From NCBI GenBank assembly GCA_040754655.1, contig JBFMCE010000027.1:1-41437 (forward strand): 41,437 nucleotides of DNA, written 5' to 3'. The position numbers and the translations under genes were made by a program. Origin of the DNA: Bdellovibrionota bacterium (GTDB lineage: Bacteria; Bdellovibrionota; UBA1018; UBA923). The notes under the pieces were generated by a model. That model saw only the letters and a program-made list of their open reading frames with translations, did no database searches and was not told the origin of the DNA. This document shows, piece by piece, positions 8,237 through 17,929 of this stretch. Positions within the stretch are counted from its first letter, which is position 1; each line of letters begins with the position of its first letter.

Positions 8237-10450
8237 TCATCCCTGCTTCTTCACCTTCGCGCAAGCGTCGACCATTTTTGAACGGAAGTTATTGAGCTCG
8301 TCTTCCCAGATCTCATCTTCGTAGGGCCAGTATTCCTTTGCCGCATCGAAATCACGTTTTGGAACGGCTTTCTCGTCGACCTGAAAGTTCTGGGCGCCTT
8401 GAAGGGCCAAGTTCCTACCCGCGCCAGCAAAAATTTCGTACTCTAGAAGAGCGATATTTGACGTGAGAAATCTCAGGTCCTCCTCGATCGAGAGGGCCTT
8501 GGCTTTGAGAAAACGATTGATCTCTTGGCCATAAGATCCGCGCAGCTGGTCAAAAGAGGGTTTTGCCCAGGTGGTGAGCGCTAGGGCTGATTTTGGGAAC
8601 TTCTCAGCCACGGTTCTTTCTTCGCGAGAAAAGGAATTCATCTCTTTTTGGCGTTTCAAGAATTCCGGGTGCCTTCCGAGTTCACGCAAAACGACTTCAG
8701 GCACTTGGTAGTCTTTTCTTCCTAAATACGATGCAAGCTGATCGTAGTAAGCCTTCTCCGGTGTTTTTCCTGAAGCGTTGAAGTCGACCATCTTTTTAAG
8801 CGCGTCATAATAACGCGTCTTATATTGCTTGACCGCAGTGAGGGCATCCCCGAATTGGCAGATTTCTTGATAGCCTAAGCTTTGAATGAAGTAGCTCTCT
8901 GGCATATAGGCGCCTTCAAAGTAAGGAGTGTGCAGCGTGAACATATTCCCCACGGCGTGGTTTCGATCGCCCGAGCGCAAGAGAGCCCAGGCATTATCGA
9001 TCGCTGATTCAATATAGAGGTTTGTTTCGCGCGAGACTTGCGTCAGGTACTGGTGCGCGGCTTTGTAGTTGCCTAATATAAAGTGGATCCTTCCCAAACT
9101 TACCGCCGTTGCATCAAAGACCACCGGGTCTTCAACGCTTCGGAAGAGGTTTGTCAGCTCTTTGCCCGCGGTTTCGTAATTCTGAGGCGATTCCTTTTGC
9201 GCTACGATCGACATGGCGGCGAGGTAGCGCGCGTGTTCTTTCCAAGTTGATTTTTCTGGCACGGCCTGAGAGTGGCGCCGGGCGGCGGCAAATGACTTTT
9301 GGTCGAACGCGCGTTCAGCCAGCGCCATGGAAAGGAGCGCCAGCGCTTCGGGCTTGATCTTCGGTGTCTCAAGAAGTTTCTGGGCAATCTCTACGGGCAA
9401 CCATGACTTGGCGGCTACCGAGCTTCGAGCGAGTTTGCTCAGGCTCAAGAGCGACTCATTGTCATACTTGAGGCTCTCGGCAGAGGCGGGTGTCGCGCTT
9501 AAGGCTTTGACGAAAGCGAGGCCCGCAAGCCTGGCGAAGGATTGCTCTTCAAGGATCCATCCAGTAAATGAAAAAGATTTTGTCCGGATGAGCGCCGCCT
9601 TCGATTGAAGGGCGAGGCTGTGAAACGCCTCGGTTGCTTCATCGAATCTGCTGTACAGCACCGAGAAAAGAGCCTTGATGAATTTGTACCCGTCGTCGGT
9701 CGTGGGGTCGTAACTGAGCAGTTTTTGTTCGGGCAAGTTTTTGACCGCAGAAGTGATCTTAAGCGCATGTTCTGGAATTTTTATCTCGGAAGAGGCCTCT
9801 TTGAGGCTATAGCGCGATCGTCTGGCGATTTCTTCCAGGGGTTGTCCGGCAGATTCGACGGCAAGCGGCTGTTTCTTGGGTCTGAGGTTCAATTCAGGGA
9901 TGGGTAGAGCACGGACAGTGATGTCAGATTTCGTGATCACAAGTGCGGGCTGGGTTTGCACCTGAGAGACTACCATCTCTTCCGCGGTACCCACGAGAGC
10001 GCGCCTACCCACCAATTGACCAGCGGCGTTTTCATCCTTTTGAGACGCGGCTGTAACTTTTGAAGAATCTTTTTCTTTGCTGAAAGAGTTTTTCAGTTCG
10101 GCCAACTTCTCGCTCACTTTGGATTTGAGCTGCGACCACCAGCTGGTTTGGGGGGCGCTTTGAGCTGCCGAGGCCTGTGTCTGAGGTTGAGCTTGAGGAT
10201 CTGCGGTAAGCTCGGTGTTTGGGTTTGGTAAAACGCGCTGAGAGGGCGCCAGCTCTCGTTGCGCAGAGACAGAAGCTTTCTCTGAATCGTTGTTCGTCGA
10301 TGCGCTGGTTTTGGGTTCGCTAACTTGTTCAGCGAACCCAGCAGGTGCCGGGGGGCCATAGGAACTCGCGTCAGCTCCTCCGCCGAGGGCGGTGCTTGTC
10401 ATGGTCAAAAGCTGGATCATCGAATAGAACGCAGTCTTCTGGAGCTTCAT
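8237..10450 (-). CDS. Periplasmic TPR protein, GltC-like gliding motility component
   Basis: Signal peptide, TPR repeats, TLHTPYF...PESY...QEICQF and C-terminal YWPYEDEIWEDEL typical of GltC; last gene of the cluster. Confidence 0.75.
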   Translation of the reverse strand: MKLQKTAFYSMIQLLTMTSTALGGGADASSYGPPAPAGFAEQVSEPKTSASTNNDSEKASVSAQRELAPSQRVLPNPNTELTADPQAQPQTQASAAQSAPQTSWWSQLKSKVSEKLAELKNSFSKEKDSSKVTAASQKDENAAGQLVGRRALVGTAEEMVVSQVQTQPALVITKSDITVRALPIPELNLRPKKQPLAVESAGQPLEEIARRSRYSLKEASSEIKIPEHALKITSAVKNLPEQKLLSYDPTTDDGYKFIKALFSVLYSRFDEATEAFHSLALQSKAALIRTKSFSFTGWILEEQSFARLAGLAFVKALSATPASAESLKYDNESLLSLSKLARSSVAAKSWLPVEIAQKLLETPKIKPEALALLSMALAERAFDQKSFAAARRHSQAVPEKSTWKEHARYLAAMSIVAQKESPQNYETAGKELTNLFRSVEDPVVFDATAVSLGRIHFILGNYKAAHQYLTQVSRETNLYIESAIDNAWALLRSGDRNHAVGNMFTLHTPYFEGAYMPESYFIQSLGYQEICQFGDALTAVKQYKTRYYDALKKMVDFNASGKTPEKAYYDQLASYLGRKDYQVPEVVLRELGRHPEFLKRQKEMNSFSREERTVAEKFPKSALALTTWAKPSFDQLRGSYGQEINRFLKAKALSIEEDLRFLTSNIALLEYEIFAGAGRNLALQGAQNFQVDEKAVPKRDFDAAKEYWPYEDEIWEDELNNFRSKMVDACAKVKKQG

Positions 10451-10471
10451 AAACGCGACTCCTTTATCTCT

Positions 10472-11278
10472 TTAATTGAAGAGATAACTGATACCGAACA
10501 TGAGATTCTGATTATTGACCGTGTCTTCAAAGTAACCTGGGCCGCCGTTCCTGATCGCGGTTTGCCCTTCATTCGTATTCACGCGGTCTTTGTATTGCAT
10601 CCAACGGTATTCGACGCGGATATTCCATTTCGGGCTCAGCCAGAATTTCTGGCCTACGCCGAGTCCGTAGGTGAACCGATACTCGTTCGTTTTCGTCAAT
10701 CCGAGGTTGGGTGCGATATACAGGTCGAAGTGGCTGATCTTTTTCCCCAAGAAAGAGAACTTGGCGTAGATCGGGGTAAAGTGCGGAGAGATGCCGATGT
10801 ACTGCTCTTCTTCATTGAATTCGACGCTGGCGTTTCGGGTTTCCTTAAATCGTTTTACGACCGCCGAATCTGACGAGAGCATCTTGTAGGCCATGACTTC
10901 AACGCCCCAAAGCTCGGTGAAATGGTAAGCGATCGAGCCGCCGAGTGTCTTGGTGTCTTGAAAGTCGACGCGTTGATAAAGCCCGAAAAGAGGGGTTATC
11001 TCGATGCGCCCAGCCTTGGTGTATTGCTTGTTTTGGATCACTTCGAACTGCTTGTCGTGCGCTTTCCAGTATTGGTTTTGGATGTCTGAAATATCCACTT
11101 CGCTGTTCTCAGGCGAGCCCGCTTGAGGGGCGGACTGGGCCTTTTTGTCTTGGGCCGTCGCTTCGCTCGCGCTCAATATGAGAAGCAGCCCCGAATAAAT
11201 GATTGTCTTCGTCAGACTGCGTGAATTTCCGGTTTTTTCAGCCATGATGTTTCTCATTTTGAGCCCCTCACAATTCAT
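10472..11278 (-). CDS. Outer-membrane beta-barrel domain protein, GltA/GltB/GltH-like
   Basis: VIQNKQYTKAGRIEI, PIYAKFSFLGKKISHFDLY and C-terminal FGISYLFN beta signal. Probable start at ATG 11257. Confidence 0.8.
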   Translation of the reverse strand: MNCEGLKMRNIMAEKTGNSRSLTKTIIYSGLLLILSASEATAQDKKAQSAPQAGSPENSEVDISDIQNQYWKAHDKQFEVIQNKQYTKAGRIEITPLFGLYQRVDFQDTKTLGGSIAYHFTELWGVEVMAYKMLSSDSAVVKRFKETRNASVEFNEEEQYIGISPHFTPIYAKFSFLGKKISHFDLYIAPNLGLTKTNEYRFTYGLGVGQKFWLSPKWNIRVEYRWMQYKDRVNTNEGQTAIRNGGPGYFEDTVNNQNLMFGISYLFN

Positions 11279-12870
11279 TTCGTCGATTTAAAGAGGAACG
11301 GATAACTTACGGTTACGCGCGTTCCGTTCTTAGGTTGCGGAAATTTCCACCCTGATATTTTCCCCAGCATGCATTGTTCAACAGGAGGAGAGTTCAAGGT
11401 TGTTTGTTTGATGCTCTGAGCCTCTACGCTACCATTGGCGTTGATCTGCCAGAGCACGACGACTTTCCCAAACAGATCAGGTTCAGCCACCAATTGTCGT
11501 TCGTAGCAGTATTTGATCTGTCCCAGGTTGTTGCGAATGACGGCTTCAATCACGCTCTTATCAAGTCCGCCATCGACAATGCTCTCTTCCTCGACAAGCT
11601 TGTAGCTGCCGCGTCCGATGCCTTGGCCCACTCCGGAGCCGATGCCAGTGCCCGATCCCTTGCCGAGCCCTGTGCCTGATCCGCCGCTAAAACCCTGGCC
11701 AGATCCGGCGATTGCGAGTTTGCCAAGTTTTGTGGCGCCCGCGATGGCGGTTGCGCCGCTTCCCACCGCTGCAAGCTGGGCTGCTTTGGTCTCTGCCCCC
11801 GCCATGCCGGCTGCGACTTGTCCTACGCCAGTTTCAGATACGACTGCGTTGCTTGCCTTGGAATTTGAGAGGACATTGCCTACGAGACTCTTAAGACCAC
11901 CGGTGAGGGCTTGAGCCAGTTTGGATTGCGCCGATGCCGCAGCACCCTGGGTGGGTGCGGTTGTTTGGGCGCTTTCTGAGCCGCTGCCCCCGCCGCCTTG
12001 GTCTTGTGAAGGTTCAGGTTCAAAAATCTTCTCTACCGGAATGTTTTGGATGCGCGCATATACGGGATAGGGTTCTTCGACTTCAGCATCTGGCCGGCCG
12101 AAGAGCAAGAACCAAAAAGCGAAGAGCAACCCGACTGCTGCGATGCTAGCCCCGAGTGGCTTGCGCAGTTCTTTGGGCAAAACTTCAATGCGTGGAGATC
12201 CGATGATCAGCGCGCCCTGCGACACCAAGATCTCAACGACATACTTGCCCGAAAACACGCGATACACGGTGCCAAGCTCAAGGGTGGTTGGTTTTGCCCA
12301 TTCTTCGAGTTTAAGAATGGTGCTTCCAGATTGGATGCGTCCGCCCGCTGAAATCCACTCCGCTGGCAATTGAGCCATGACTTGTTTGCCTTGTTTCCAA
12401 AGCATGCGAAAAGACGACTCAAGCCCGAAACGCTTATCAAGGGTGAAAGTGTTCTGAACGTTCAACACTTCTTCAGGAATTCCTTTGACGTAGAGCCGCA
12501 CTCGAATGACGACGGATTTGTCTTTGCTGTCTGTGACGGGAAGCCACTTCTGCTTTCGAAGCTCAGGAAGGGGAGAGGCGGCTTGGCAAACCCTTACGCG
12601 ACGTGAACCAATCTCTAAAACGGCTTGGGCTTCGCTGAGCTCGGCTTCAATCGCGGTTTTTCCGTTGATTTTGAGTCTGGTGGGGCCGCCAAGGTCCATG
12701 ATAACGGGTTTGTTGTTTTGAATTTTGATGCCGACGTGAATGGGGCCGATGCCTTTTCCTGACAAATGCACATGCGCGCCGGGGCTTTGCCCCAAGAGAG
12801 TAAGCCCTTCTCCCAGTCGATGGGTGGCGAGAACCTTGTCTTCGTTGTCTAAGAGTTCAAGGCGCATCAT
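11275..12870 (-). CDS. GltG/PglI-like protein (FHA, TM, Gly-rich linker, AgmX/PglI TonB-like C-terminal domain)
   Basis: N-terminal degenerate FHA, one TM helix, GxG repeats and GGLDKSVIEAVIRNNLGQIKYCYERQL...WKFPQPKNGTRVTVSYPFLF. Confidence 0.85.
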   Translation of the reverse strand: MMRLELLDNEDKVLATHRLGEGLTLLGQSPGAHVHLSGKGIGPIHVGIKIQNNKPVIMDLGGPTRLKINGKTAIEAELSEAQAVLEIGSRRVRVCQAASPLPELRKQKWLPVTDSKDKSVVIRVRLYVKGIPEEVLNVQNTFTLDKRFGLESSFRMLWKQGKQVMAQLPAEWISAGGRIQSGSTILKLEEWAKPTTLELGTVYRVFSGKYVVEILVSQGALIIGSPRIEVLPKELRKPLGASIAAVGLLFAFWFLLFGRPDAEVEEPYPVYARIQNIPVEKIFEPEPSQDQGGGGSGSESAQTTAPTQGAAASAQSKLAQALTGGLKSLVGNVLSNSKASNAVVSETGVGQVAAGMAGAETKAAQLAAVGSGATAIAGATKLGKLAIAGSGQGFSGGSGTGLGKGSGTGIGSGVGQGIGRGSYKLVEEESIVDGGLDKSVIEAVIRNNLGQIKYCYERQLVAEPDLFGKVVVLWQINANGSVEAQSIKQTTLNSPPVEQCMLGKISGWKFPQPKNGTRVTVSYPFLFKSTK

Positions 12871-12875
12871 GTCGG

Positions 12876-13205
12876 TTACCTCAGGTACTCATAAGAGGTC
12901 ATGATGCGACCGCGTTGGTTGTGTTTGATGCGATAAAGGTGCTTGAGATCGAGATCGGCTCCGTGAAGAAGGTAGGCGGCGTTGGGCTTTTTCACCTTTC
13001 CTTCGATGCTGGCTTCTTCGAAATCGATCACCGTCCGTGAACGGATTTTCTTCACGATCTTCTTTTCGACGATGTTTCCTTGAGCGTCGCGACTAACAAC
13101 GGTTTCAGTTGAAACCACCTTGGTGTCGTCGGATGAGGCGGATGCCGAGCCCAGCGAGGCGAAGCAGAGAATGAAAATGAAGCCCAAAAATCTAAAAATG
13201 TTCAT
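12876..13205 (-). CDS. GltF/CglF-like small secreted gliding protein
   Basis: Signal peptide and RTVIDFEEASIEGKVKKPNAAYL motif; directly upstream of the gltG-like gene. Confidence 0.8.
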   Translation of the reverse strand: MNIFRFLGFIFILCFASLGSASASSDDTKVVSTETVVSRDAQGNIVEKKIVKKIRSRTVIDFEEASIEGKVKKPNAAYLLHGADLDLKHLYRIKHNQRGRIMTSYEYLR

Positions 13206-13242
13206 ACAACCAGCCCCAGTGCTTTAGTTAATTAAAGCCTAT

Positions 13243-13277
13243 ATTGTTATGTTAAATTAACTATTGCACCGAGTCAA
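13243..13277 (-). promoter_or_regulatory. Sigma70-like internal promoter for gltF-G-A-C with an overlapping palindromic operator
   Basis: Minus strand TTGACT (13277-13272)-N17-TAACAT (13254-13249); palindrome ATTGTTA-N8-TAACTAT at 13243-13264. Confidence 0.6.
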
Positions 13278-13308
13278 GTTCGCCGTCTTTAAATAAAATT
13301 CATCTATA

Positions 13309-16300
13309 TCAATGACTTGTATTTGTAGAAACGGATGCCATTCCGCGCTGCCGGGCAGACCCATTTTCGTCGATCTTGACGCGCAATAGAACTTGTATGG
13401 CTCTCTTGAACCATTCAATTTCGCTTTCGCTGAAGCCGGCGCTTTGTTGAGTGGGGGCTGAGAACCATTTTGCAAGCTGCCAGCGCAGCTTCGGATCGAC
13501 TTGATCGGCTTCAATCTGTTTTGAGACCTTTGGGTGAACCAGGTTTGAATTGATTTCAAATTGCAGGCGCTTGGCTTTTTCAGCCCACTCAGAACTTGCT
13601 TGCGCGGCAAGAACCTGTGAGATGGCGTAGGCATACCCGGGTTCGCCCATTTCAAAATATTTCCTCGCCAGCTCATAAGAATGTTCGCCTTTCTCTGAAG
13701 GCGACTTCGAACCCAAGATCTCAAGGCCGATCTCGTAAATCTCTTCTTCCTTCTTTTGAGAGTGTTCAGAGGTCTTGATCTGCGGGCGAGCACCCCAGAT
13801 TTTCGCAAGGCTCTCGCGCACGACCCTGGTCTTTTCACCGAAATGCTCGAGAAGCTTGTTCACCCGCGCGTCGAGATCAAGCGGAGACTCGATCTCACTC
13901 ATGAGTTTTGCGGTCTCAAGAGCCATCTGACGCGCTTGTTCGCGCAACTCCTTGGTTTGCCCTGAGATGGTTTCTCGATAGGCCTTGCGGTCGATTTCAG
14001 TGGCGTTGAGAAGGGCCTGTGGCACTGCTGCGGTATCAAGAGTTTCGGCAAGTTCTATGAGAAGCTCGGCCTTGACCAGGTTTGTCCAGATCACGCCTGA
14101 CCCTTTCAAAGCCCTCGGAACTTTTTCATTCATTTTTTCAAGCGTCGAGACAAGTTTGGCGTGCAAATCGGTTTTCTTCTTAAAATTCTGGGCCGGATTG
14201 TTGTTCGACTTCACGAAACGCAACTGTTTGAATGCCTGCGCTGTTTTCTCGAAGTTCGCCTGGGTGATGGTCAGCGCTTCAAGGTCGGGGTCGTCTTTCA
14301 AGAGGTTGCCCGCTTGTTTCACGAAAGAGTTCTTTTCAAGCTCGTGAATGGCAGCAAGATTTTTCGAGCTTTCTTGTTTTAGCTTCGGATCAAGCTTGAA
14401 CCTAAACAACGCTGAATACAGCTCGATGAGCTTGTCCCAGAGGTAAGCCTTTCGATAAAAGGGCTCAAGGGCCAGCAAAGCTTGCATGCGTACCTTTTCA
14501 TCGGGCGCTTTCGAGGCCTTTTCCAAGCGCTGCAGCGCCAGTTCGGTGTCTTCAATTTGAAGGGCTGCGTTCGCTGATTTCATCAGCGCCTGTGAGACGA
14601 AATTTGATTCCGGGTGTTTTTCAGCGAACTTTGCGAATTCTTTTGCGGCGGATTTCCAGTCTTGGCCGGTTTCAAGCTTCTCTAGAAGCTTGAGGTTTGA
14701 ATACTCGTTCGTACGCAAGAGTTCTTTTTTGAGGTCGGTTTTTGAGTAGCGCCCCGACTCGATCAAACTTCCCGAGAAGCTCAAGAGCTCTTCCCAGCGT
14801 GATTGCTTTTCGAGCAGCACCAATGCGTCTCGGGTCAAAGCGACGGCGTCTTTTTGGTCGTTGAAATAGCGAGAGTAAAAAACCATCCTCGCCAGGGCGT
14901 CTTGTTCTTGCCCGTACTCACGGTGCAGCCTTGCCGATGTGGCGAGGATATTCGAAGAAGTCTCACGCATCTTGGGGTTCGCCAGGTGCAGGGCCAAGAA
15001 GAAATCATAAGCTTTTGAAAGTTTTTCATGAATGGGGTGCATGGCGCCCGGCTTGATGGCGATATTGCTTTCTTTGCTCAAGGCCTCAAGAGAGGCGATC
15101 TCGCCTCGTATGGCGTCGTCTTGTTTTTCTCCGGAGCCGTGATGCCAGGCCAGCCAACGGTAGTCGTCGGCTGCATTTTGCCACTGCTTCAGGGCGTGGC
15201 GCAGTCCGGCCCGGCGAGAGCGCAACTCAAAGCTTTCATCAAGAGAGTGCCCCCGCCATGGCGTCAGGAACGCCCTTATTGCCAAGTCGTAAAGGGTCAA
15301 CGCCTGTTTTGCGGTGACCAGGTTCTGGGTCTTTGACCATTCCCCGTGCAAGAATGCGCTGAATTCCTTCAAAGTATCAAAGCTGATCTTTGAGAGTCGT
15401 TTGCGGTAGTAGTCCTCAGGTTCGATGTGATTGTCGGGAAGCTTAGCGCTAGGCGCTTGTTTAAAGGCAACCACAGGGACCTTGGAGGCGTTGACCTTCT
15501 CATGAGAATATTCGTTGGCGAAAAGCTCCGCGGTCGACGCGTGCTCTGCTTGGGGTAAATCATCAGAATAAGCTGGGATAGCCCTGAGGTCTGTTTCGGC
15601 GACTTTCGCGAAGCGTTCGAGTTCAGCAAGGACCAAGTCCCTTCTTCTCATTTTTTCAGCCGATTCCGCGCGGAGGCGGTACAGCAGAGGCGCTCTAGGA
15701 TGTTGCCCGAGCGCGCCGAGCAGTTGATCTGCGATGACCATCGCATTCTGGTGCTTGCCCTGGTCTCGGTAAACGTTCGTGAGCCTTAGCAGGAGCTCGA
15801 GAGGTTCCGAGACTTGGTAAGCTGATGTTTCTTCTTCGGGAATCGCAGTCTTTTTCGCCGTCAAGGCGGCAATCCTCTTTTCGCGCGCGGCGGAATACTC
15901 TTGCGCGATCGCCGGCGGTGTTCTGCCTATCTTCTCGAAATAGACGAAAGCCTCGTTTGGCGCGTTGGCATTTGGCAGTTCGGCATAGAATGCGACAAGG
16001 TCGCCGAGCGCTTCTTTTCGCAGTTCAAGGCGAGCTCGTTGAACGCCGGCCGTGTTCACGCCGTCGATGACTTTTTCGAGCGAAAGGATCGCAGAATCAA
16101 GATCGCTCATATTGTAATAGGTCCACGCCATTTTATAGAGAGCGAAGTTTTTTAGCCGTGGGTGGTCTGCTTTGACGATCTCTTTGAGCTGGCCCAAAGC
16201 TTCGTTGAACTTTCTGTCGTCAAAAAGAATCTCAGCCATCGCAAGCCTGGCGTCTCCCACGAGGGGTGATTCCGGGAACTTGGATACGAGCCTTTCATAG

Positions 16301-16860
16301 TACTTGTACGCATTCTTGGTGTCTTTGAGTTCGCCGTAGTTGTAACCGATGCTGAAGATCACGACGTCCATTTGCGGATGCCCCGGAAACTTCGTTTCCA
16401 CTTCTCGGAAGACCTTGATGCTGCCGTCAAGATAGGCTTGCGGGTGTTTGAGGCGGGAGGTTTTGAACGGGTTGTTCAAGAAGTAGTTCGCCGTTCGCGC
16501 GCGGTCTGAGAGAAGAGTGGCTTTTCGGATAAGCAGTTCCGCGATCATGCCTCCTTTGGCCCTCGGGAGCAGGCTGTCAAGCTGCGCCAGCGCTTTCGTT
16601 CTAGCGTCATCGGCGAGCAGTTCAAGTTTCGCGTGGCGTTTTTCGTCGTCGAGGAAGCTTGATTGGTCAGCGATGAGGTCGCCGAAGAAATCAAGATTGT
16701 GACTTTTGTAAAAACGCCTCAGTTTCTCGAGTTTTTTTTGGTCGCCAGTGGCGGCATTGGGCGATAACAAGACCCAGCTCAAGCTGGCGGCGAGCCAGAA
16801 CAACAAGCCCAGGCGTTTAGGGACGGGTTTGAAAGCGTCTTTGAGTGCTAGCATCTTCAT
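13309..16860 (-). CDS. Large periplasmic TPR protein, GltD/AgmU-like, possibly with a fused GltE-like tail
   Basis: 1183 aa, signal peptide, many TPRs (LVSKFPESPLVGDARLAMAEILF, FALYKMAWTYYNM, RKEALGDLVAFY); start overlaps the aglS-like stop. Confidence 0.8.
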   Translation of the reverse strand: MKMLALKDAFKPVPKRLGLLFWLAASLSWVLLSPNAATGDQKKLEKLRRFYKSHNLDFFGDLIADQSSFLDDEKRHAKLELLADDARTKALAQLDSLLPRAKGGMIAELLIRKATLLSDRARTANYFLNNPFKTSRLKHPQAYLDGSIKVFREVETKFPGHPQMDVVIFSIGYNYGELKDTKNAYKYYERLVSKFPESPLVGDARLAMAEILFDDRKFNEALGQLKEIVKADHPRLKNFALYKMAWTYYNMSDLDSAILSLEKVIDGVNTAGVQRARLELRKEALGDLVAFYAELPNANAPNEAFVYFEKIGRTPPAIAQEYSAAREKRIAALTAKKTAIPEEETSAYQVSEPLELLLRLTNVYRDQGKHQNAMVIADQLLGALGQHPRAPLLYRLRAESAEKMRRRDLVLAELERFAKVAETDLRAIPAYSDDLPQAEHASTAELFANEYSHEKVNASKVPVVAFKQAPSAKLPDNHIEPEDYYRKRLSKISFDTLKEFSAFLHGEWSKTQNLVTAKQALTLYDLAIRAFLTPWRGHSLDESFELRSRRAGLRHALKQWQNAADDYRWLAWHHGSGEKQDDAIRGEIASLEALSKESNIAIKPGAMHPIHEKLSKAYDFFLALHLANPKMRETSSNILATSARLHREYGQEQDALARMVFYSRYFNDQKDAVALTRDALVLLEKQSRWEELLSFSGSLIESGRYSKTDLKKELLRTNEYSNLKLLEKLETGQDWKSAAKEFAKFAEKHPESNFVSQALMKSANAALQIEDTELALQRLEKASKAPDEKVRMQALLALEPFYRKAYLWDKLIELYSALFRFKLDPKLKQESSKNLAAIHELEKNSFVKQAGNLLKDDPDLEALTITQANFEKTAQAFKQLRFVKSNNNPAQNFKKKTDLHAKLVSTLEKMNEKVPRALKGSGVIWTNLVKAELLIELAETLDTAAVPQALLNATEIDRKAYRETISGQTKELREQARQMALETAKLMSEIESPLDLDARVNKLLEHFGEKTRVVRESLAKIWGARPQIKTSEHSQKKEEEIYEIGLEILGSKSPSEKGEHSYELARKYFEMGEPGYAYAISQVLAAQASSEWAEKAKRLQFEINSNLVHPKVSKQIEADQVDPKLRWQLAKWFSAPTQQSAGFSESEIEWFKRAIQVLLRVKIDENGSARQRGMASVSTNTSH

Positions 16861-17357
16861 TGCCTGATTACCGCGAACTTGAAGTCATTGAACCCCGCGC
16901 GCGCAGCCGTATAAAGCACTTGTTTTACCGTCTTCAGCGGGATCGACTTGTCTGCCTGGAAAAGAATCTTCCCTTCAAACTTGACGCCCGACTTTTCGGC
17001 AGCGCTCTTGCTGTCGCGGGCGATCGTGGCAAGTTTAGTGAAGAGGTGAACGATCTTCTTGCCGTTCTCAGAGGTTGTTCCGCCTGGCGTGACCGCATTT
17101 TGCAGGGGAACGATGAGTTCTTGGTCAATGTAAATGCCGTTGGTTTTCGCAATGAGCTTCACGCCTTGAGTGAGCTCGGCGCCCTGACTCGACCAAGGCA
17201 GAATGATGTTCGAAGCGGGTTCTAAATTGATGCTGCCGCTGCCCACGGTCATGAGCATGAATACAAGGATGATCACGAGGGTGTCGATCAAGCTTGTGAT
17301 TTGCAGTGGGAAGTCTTGATCTCCCCGCCTTCTTTTCCCAAACATTCCAGCCCTCAT
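16857..17357 (-). CDS. ExbD/TolR family protein, AglS-like
   Basis: TM LQITSLIDTLVIILVFML with conserved Asp; ILFQADKSIP...VLYTAARAGF. Confidence 0.88.
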   Translation of the reverse strand: MRAGMFGKRRRGDQDFPLQITSLIDTLVIILVFMLMTVGSGSINLEPASNIILPWSSQGAELTQGVKLIAKTNGIYIDQELIVPLQNAVTPGGTTSENGKKIVHLFTKLATIARDSKSAAEKSGVKFEGKILFQADKSIPLKTVKQVLYTAARAGFNDFKFAVIRQ

Positions 17358-17368
17358 AAAATGCTCCT

Positions 17369-17929
17369 TTAAGGATTCGCCGTTCCAAGGTTTGCGATGA
17401 CGAAATCAGGGAACAACAAATCCACTTTCACCTGTTGGCCGTTTCGCTCGTCCACGATCGCCAGTTGGCCGTCGGCAGGAGAGAGATTCCGCGTCGTATC
17501 CATGATGCGCACCAGTTCTTCGTATTGCATGTCGATCTCAGAGTTGAAGTGCACCGAGAACTCTTTCGGGCGCTCACGCTTGATCTTGACGAGTTCTTGA
17601 TGAAGCTTCACGAGATCTTGGTCAGAGCCCGTAGAAGCCTTTTGACCCGCTGCTGGGATCCATTTCTTCCCGCTCAAAGAACCTGCGCCGCTGACCACGA
17701 GTTCAACGCCTTTGGCTTTTACATTGAGTTCAAGCTTGAACTTGGCCTCATCCTTTTTTTCGGCCGACGCAGGCACGATGACAGTGACTGGCACCTTGGC
17801 GTCGAGGCCCACGAGATTGATGTAGGTCGCCGAGAGCAACATGAAACAGATCAAAGTGACGAAGCAGTCGATGATCGGAGTCAGGTTGAGCTCGAAGTCG
17901 TGCGCCGTGTGGCTGCGTTTGACGAACAT
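17369..17929 (-). CDS. ExbD/TolR family protein, AglQ-like
   Basis: TM ELNLTPIIDCFVTLICFML with conserved Asp; YEELVRIMD. Confidence 0.88.
   Translation of the reverse strand: MFVKRSHTAHDFELNLTPIIDCFVTLICFMLLSATYINLVGLDAKVPVTVIVPASAEKKDEAKFKLELNVKAKGVELVVSGAGSLSGKKWIPAAGQKASTGSDQDLVKLHQELVKIKRERPKEFSVHFNSEIDMQYEELVRIMDTTRNLSPADGQLAIVDERNGQQVKVDLLFPDFVIANLGTANP

Noticed and set aside
11610..11710. Repetitive GxG-coding DNA in the GltG-like gene
   Set aside because: Normal Gly-rich linker of this family, not a DNA repeat element.
13230..13257. Possible dif site: perfect XerD arm TTATGTTAAAT at 13247-13257
   Set aside because: The XerC arm (AATTAAAGCCT) lacks the conserved ATAA. The sequence is better explained as the -10 box and operator of the gltF promoter.
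13257..13838. 193-aa alternative-frame ORF overlapping the GltD-like 3' end (considered as a frameshifted gltE)
   Set aside because: Basic, non-TPR sequence with no signal peptide; looks like a shadow ORF.
16732..16739. A8 tract near the 5' end of the GltD-like gene as a phase-variation site
   Set aside because: Short, in frame and encodes ordinary QKK; no evidence of variation.
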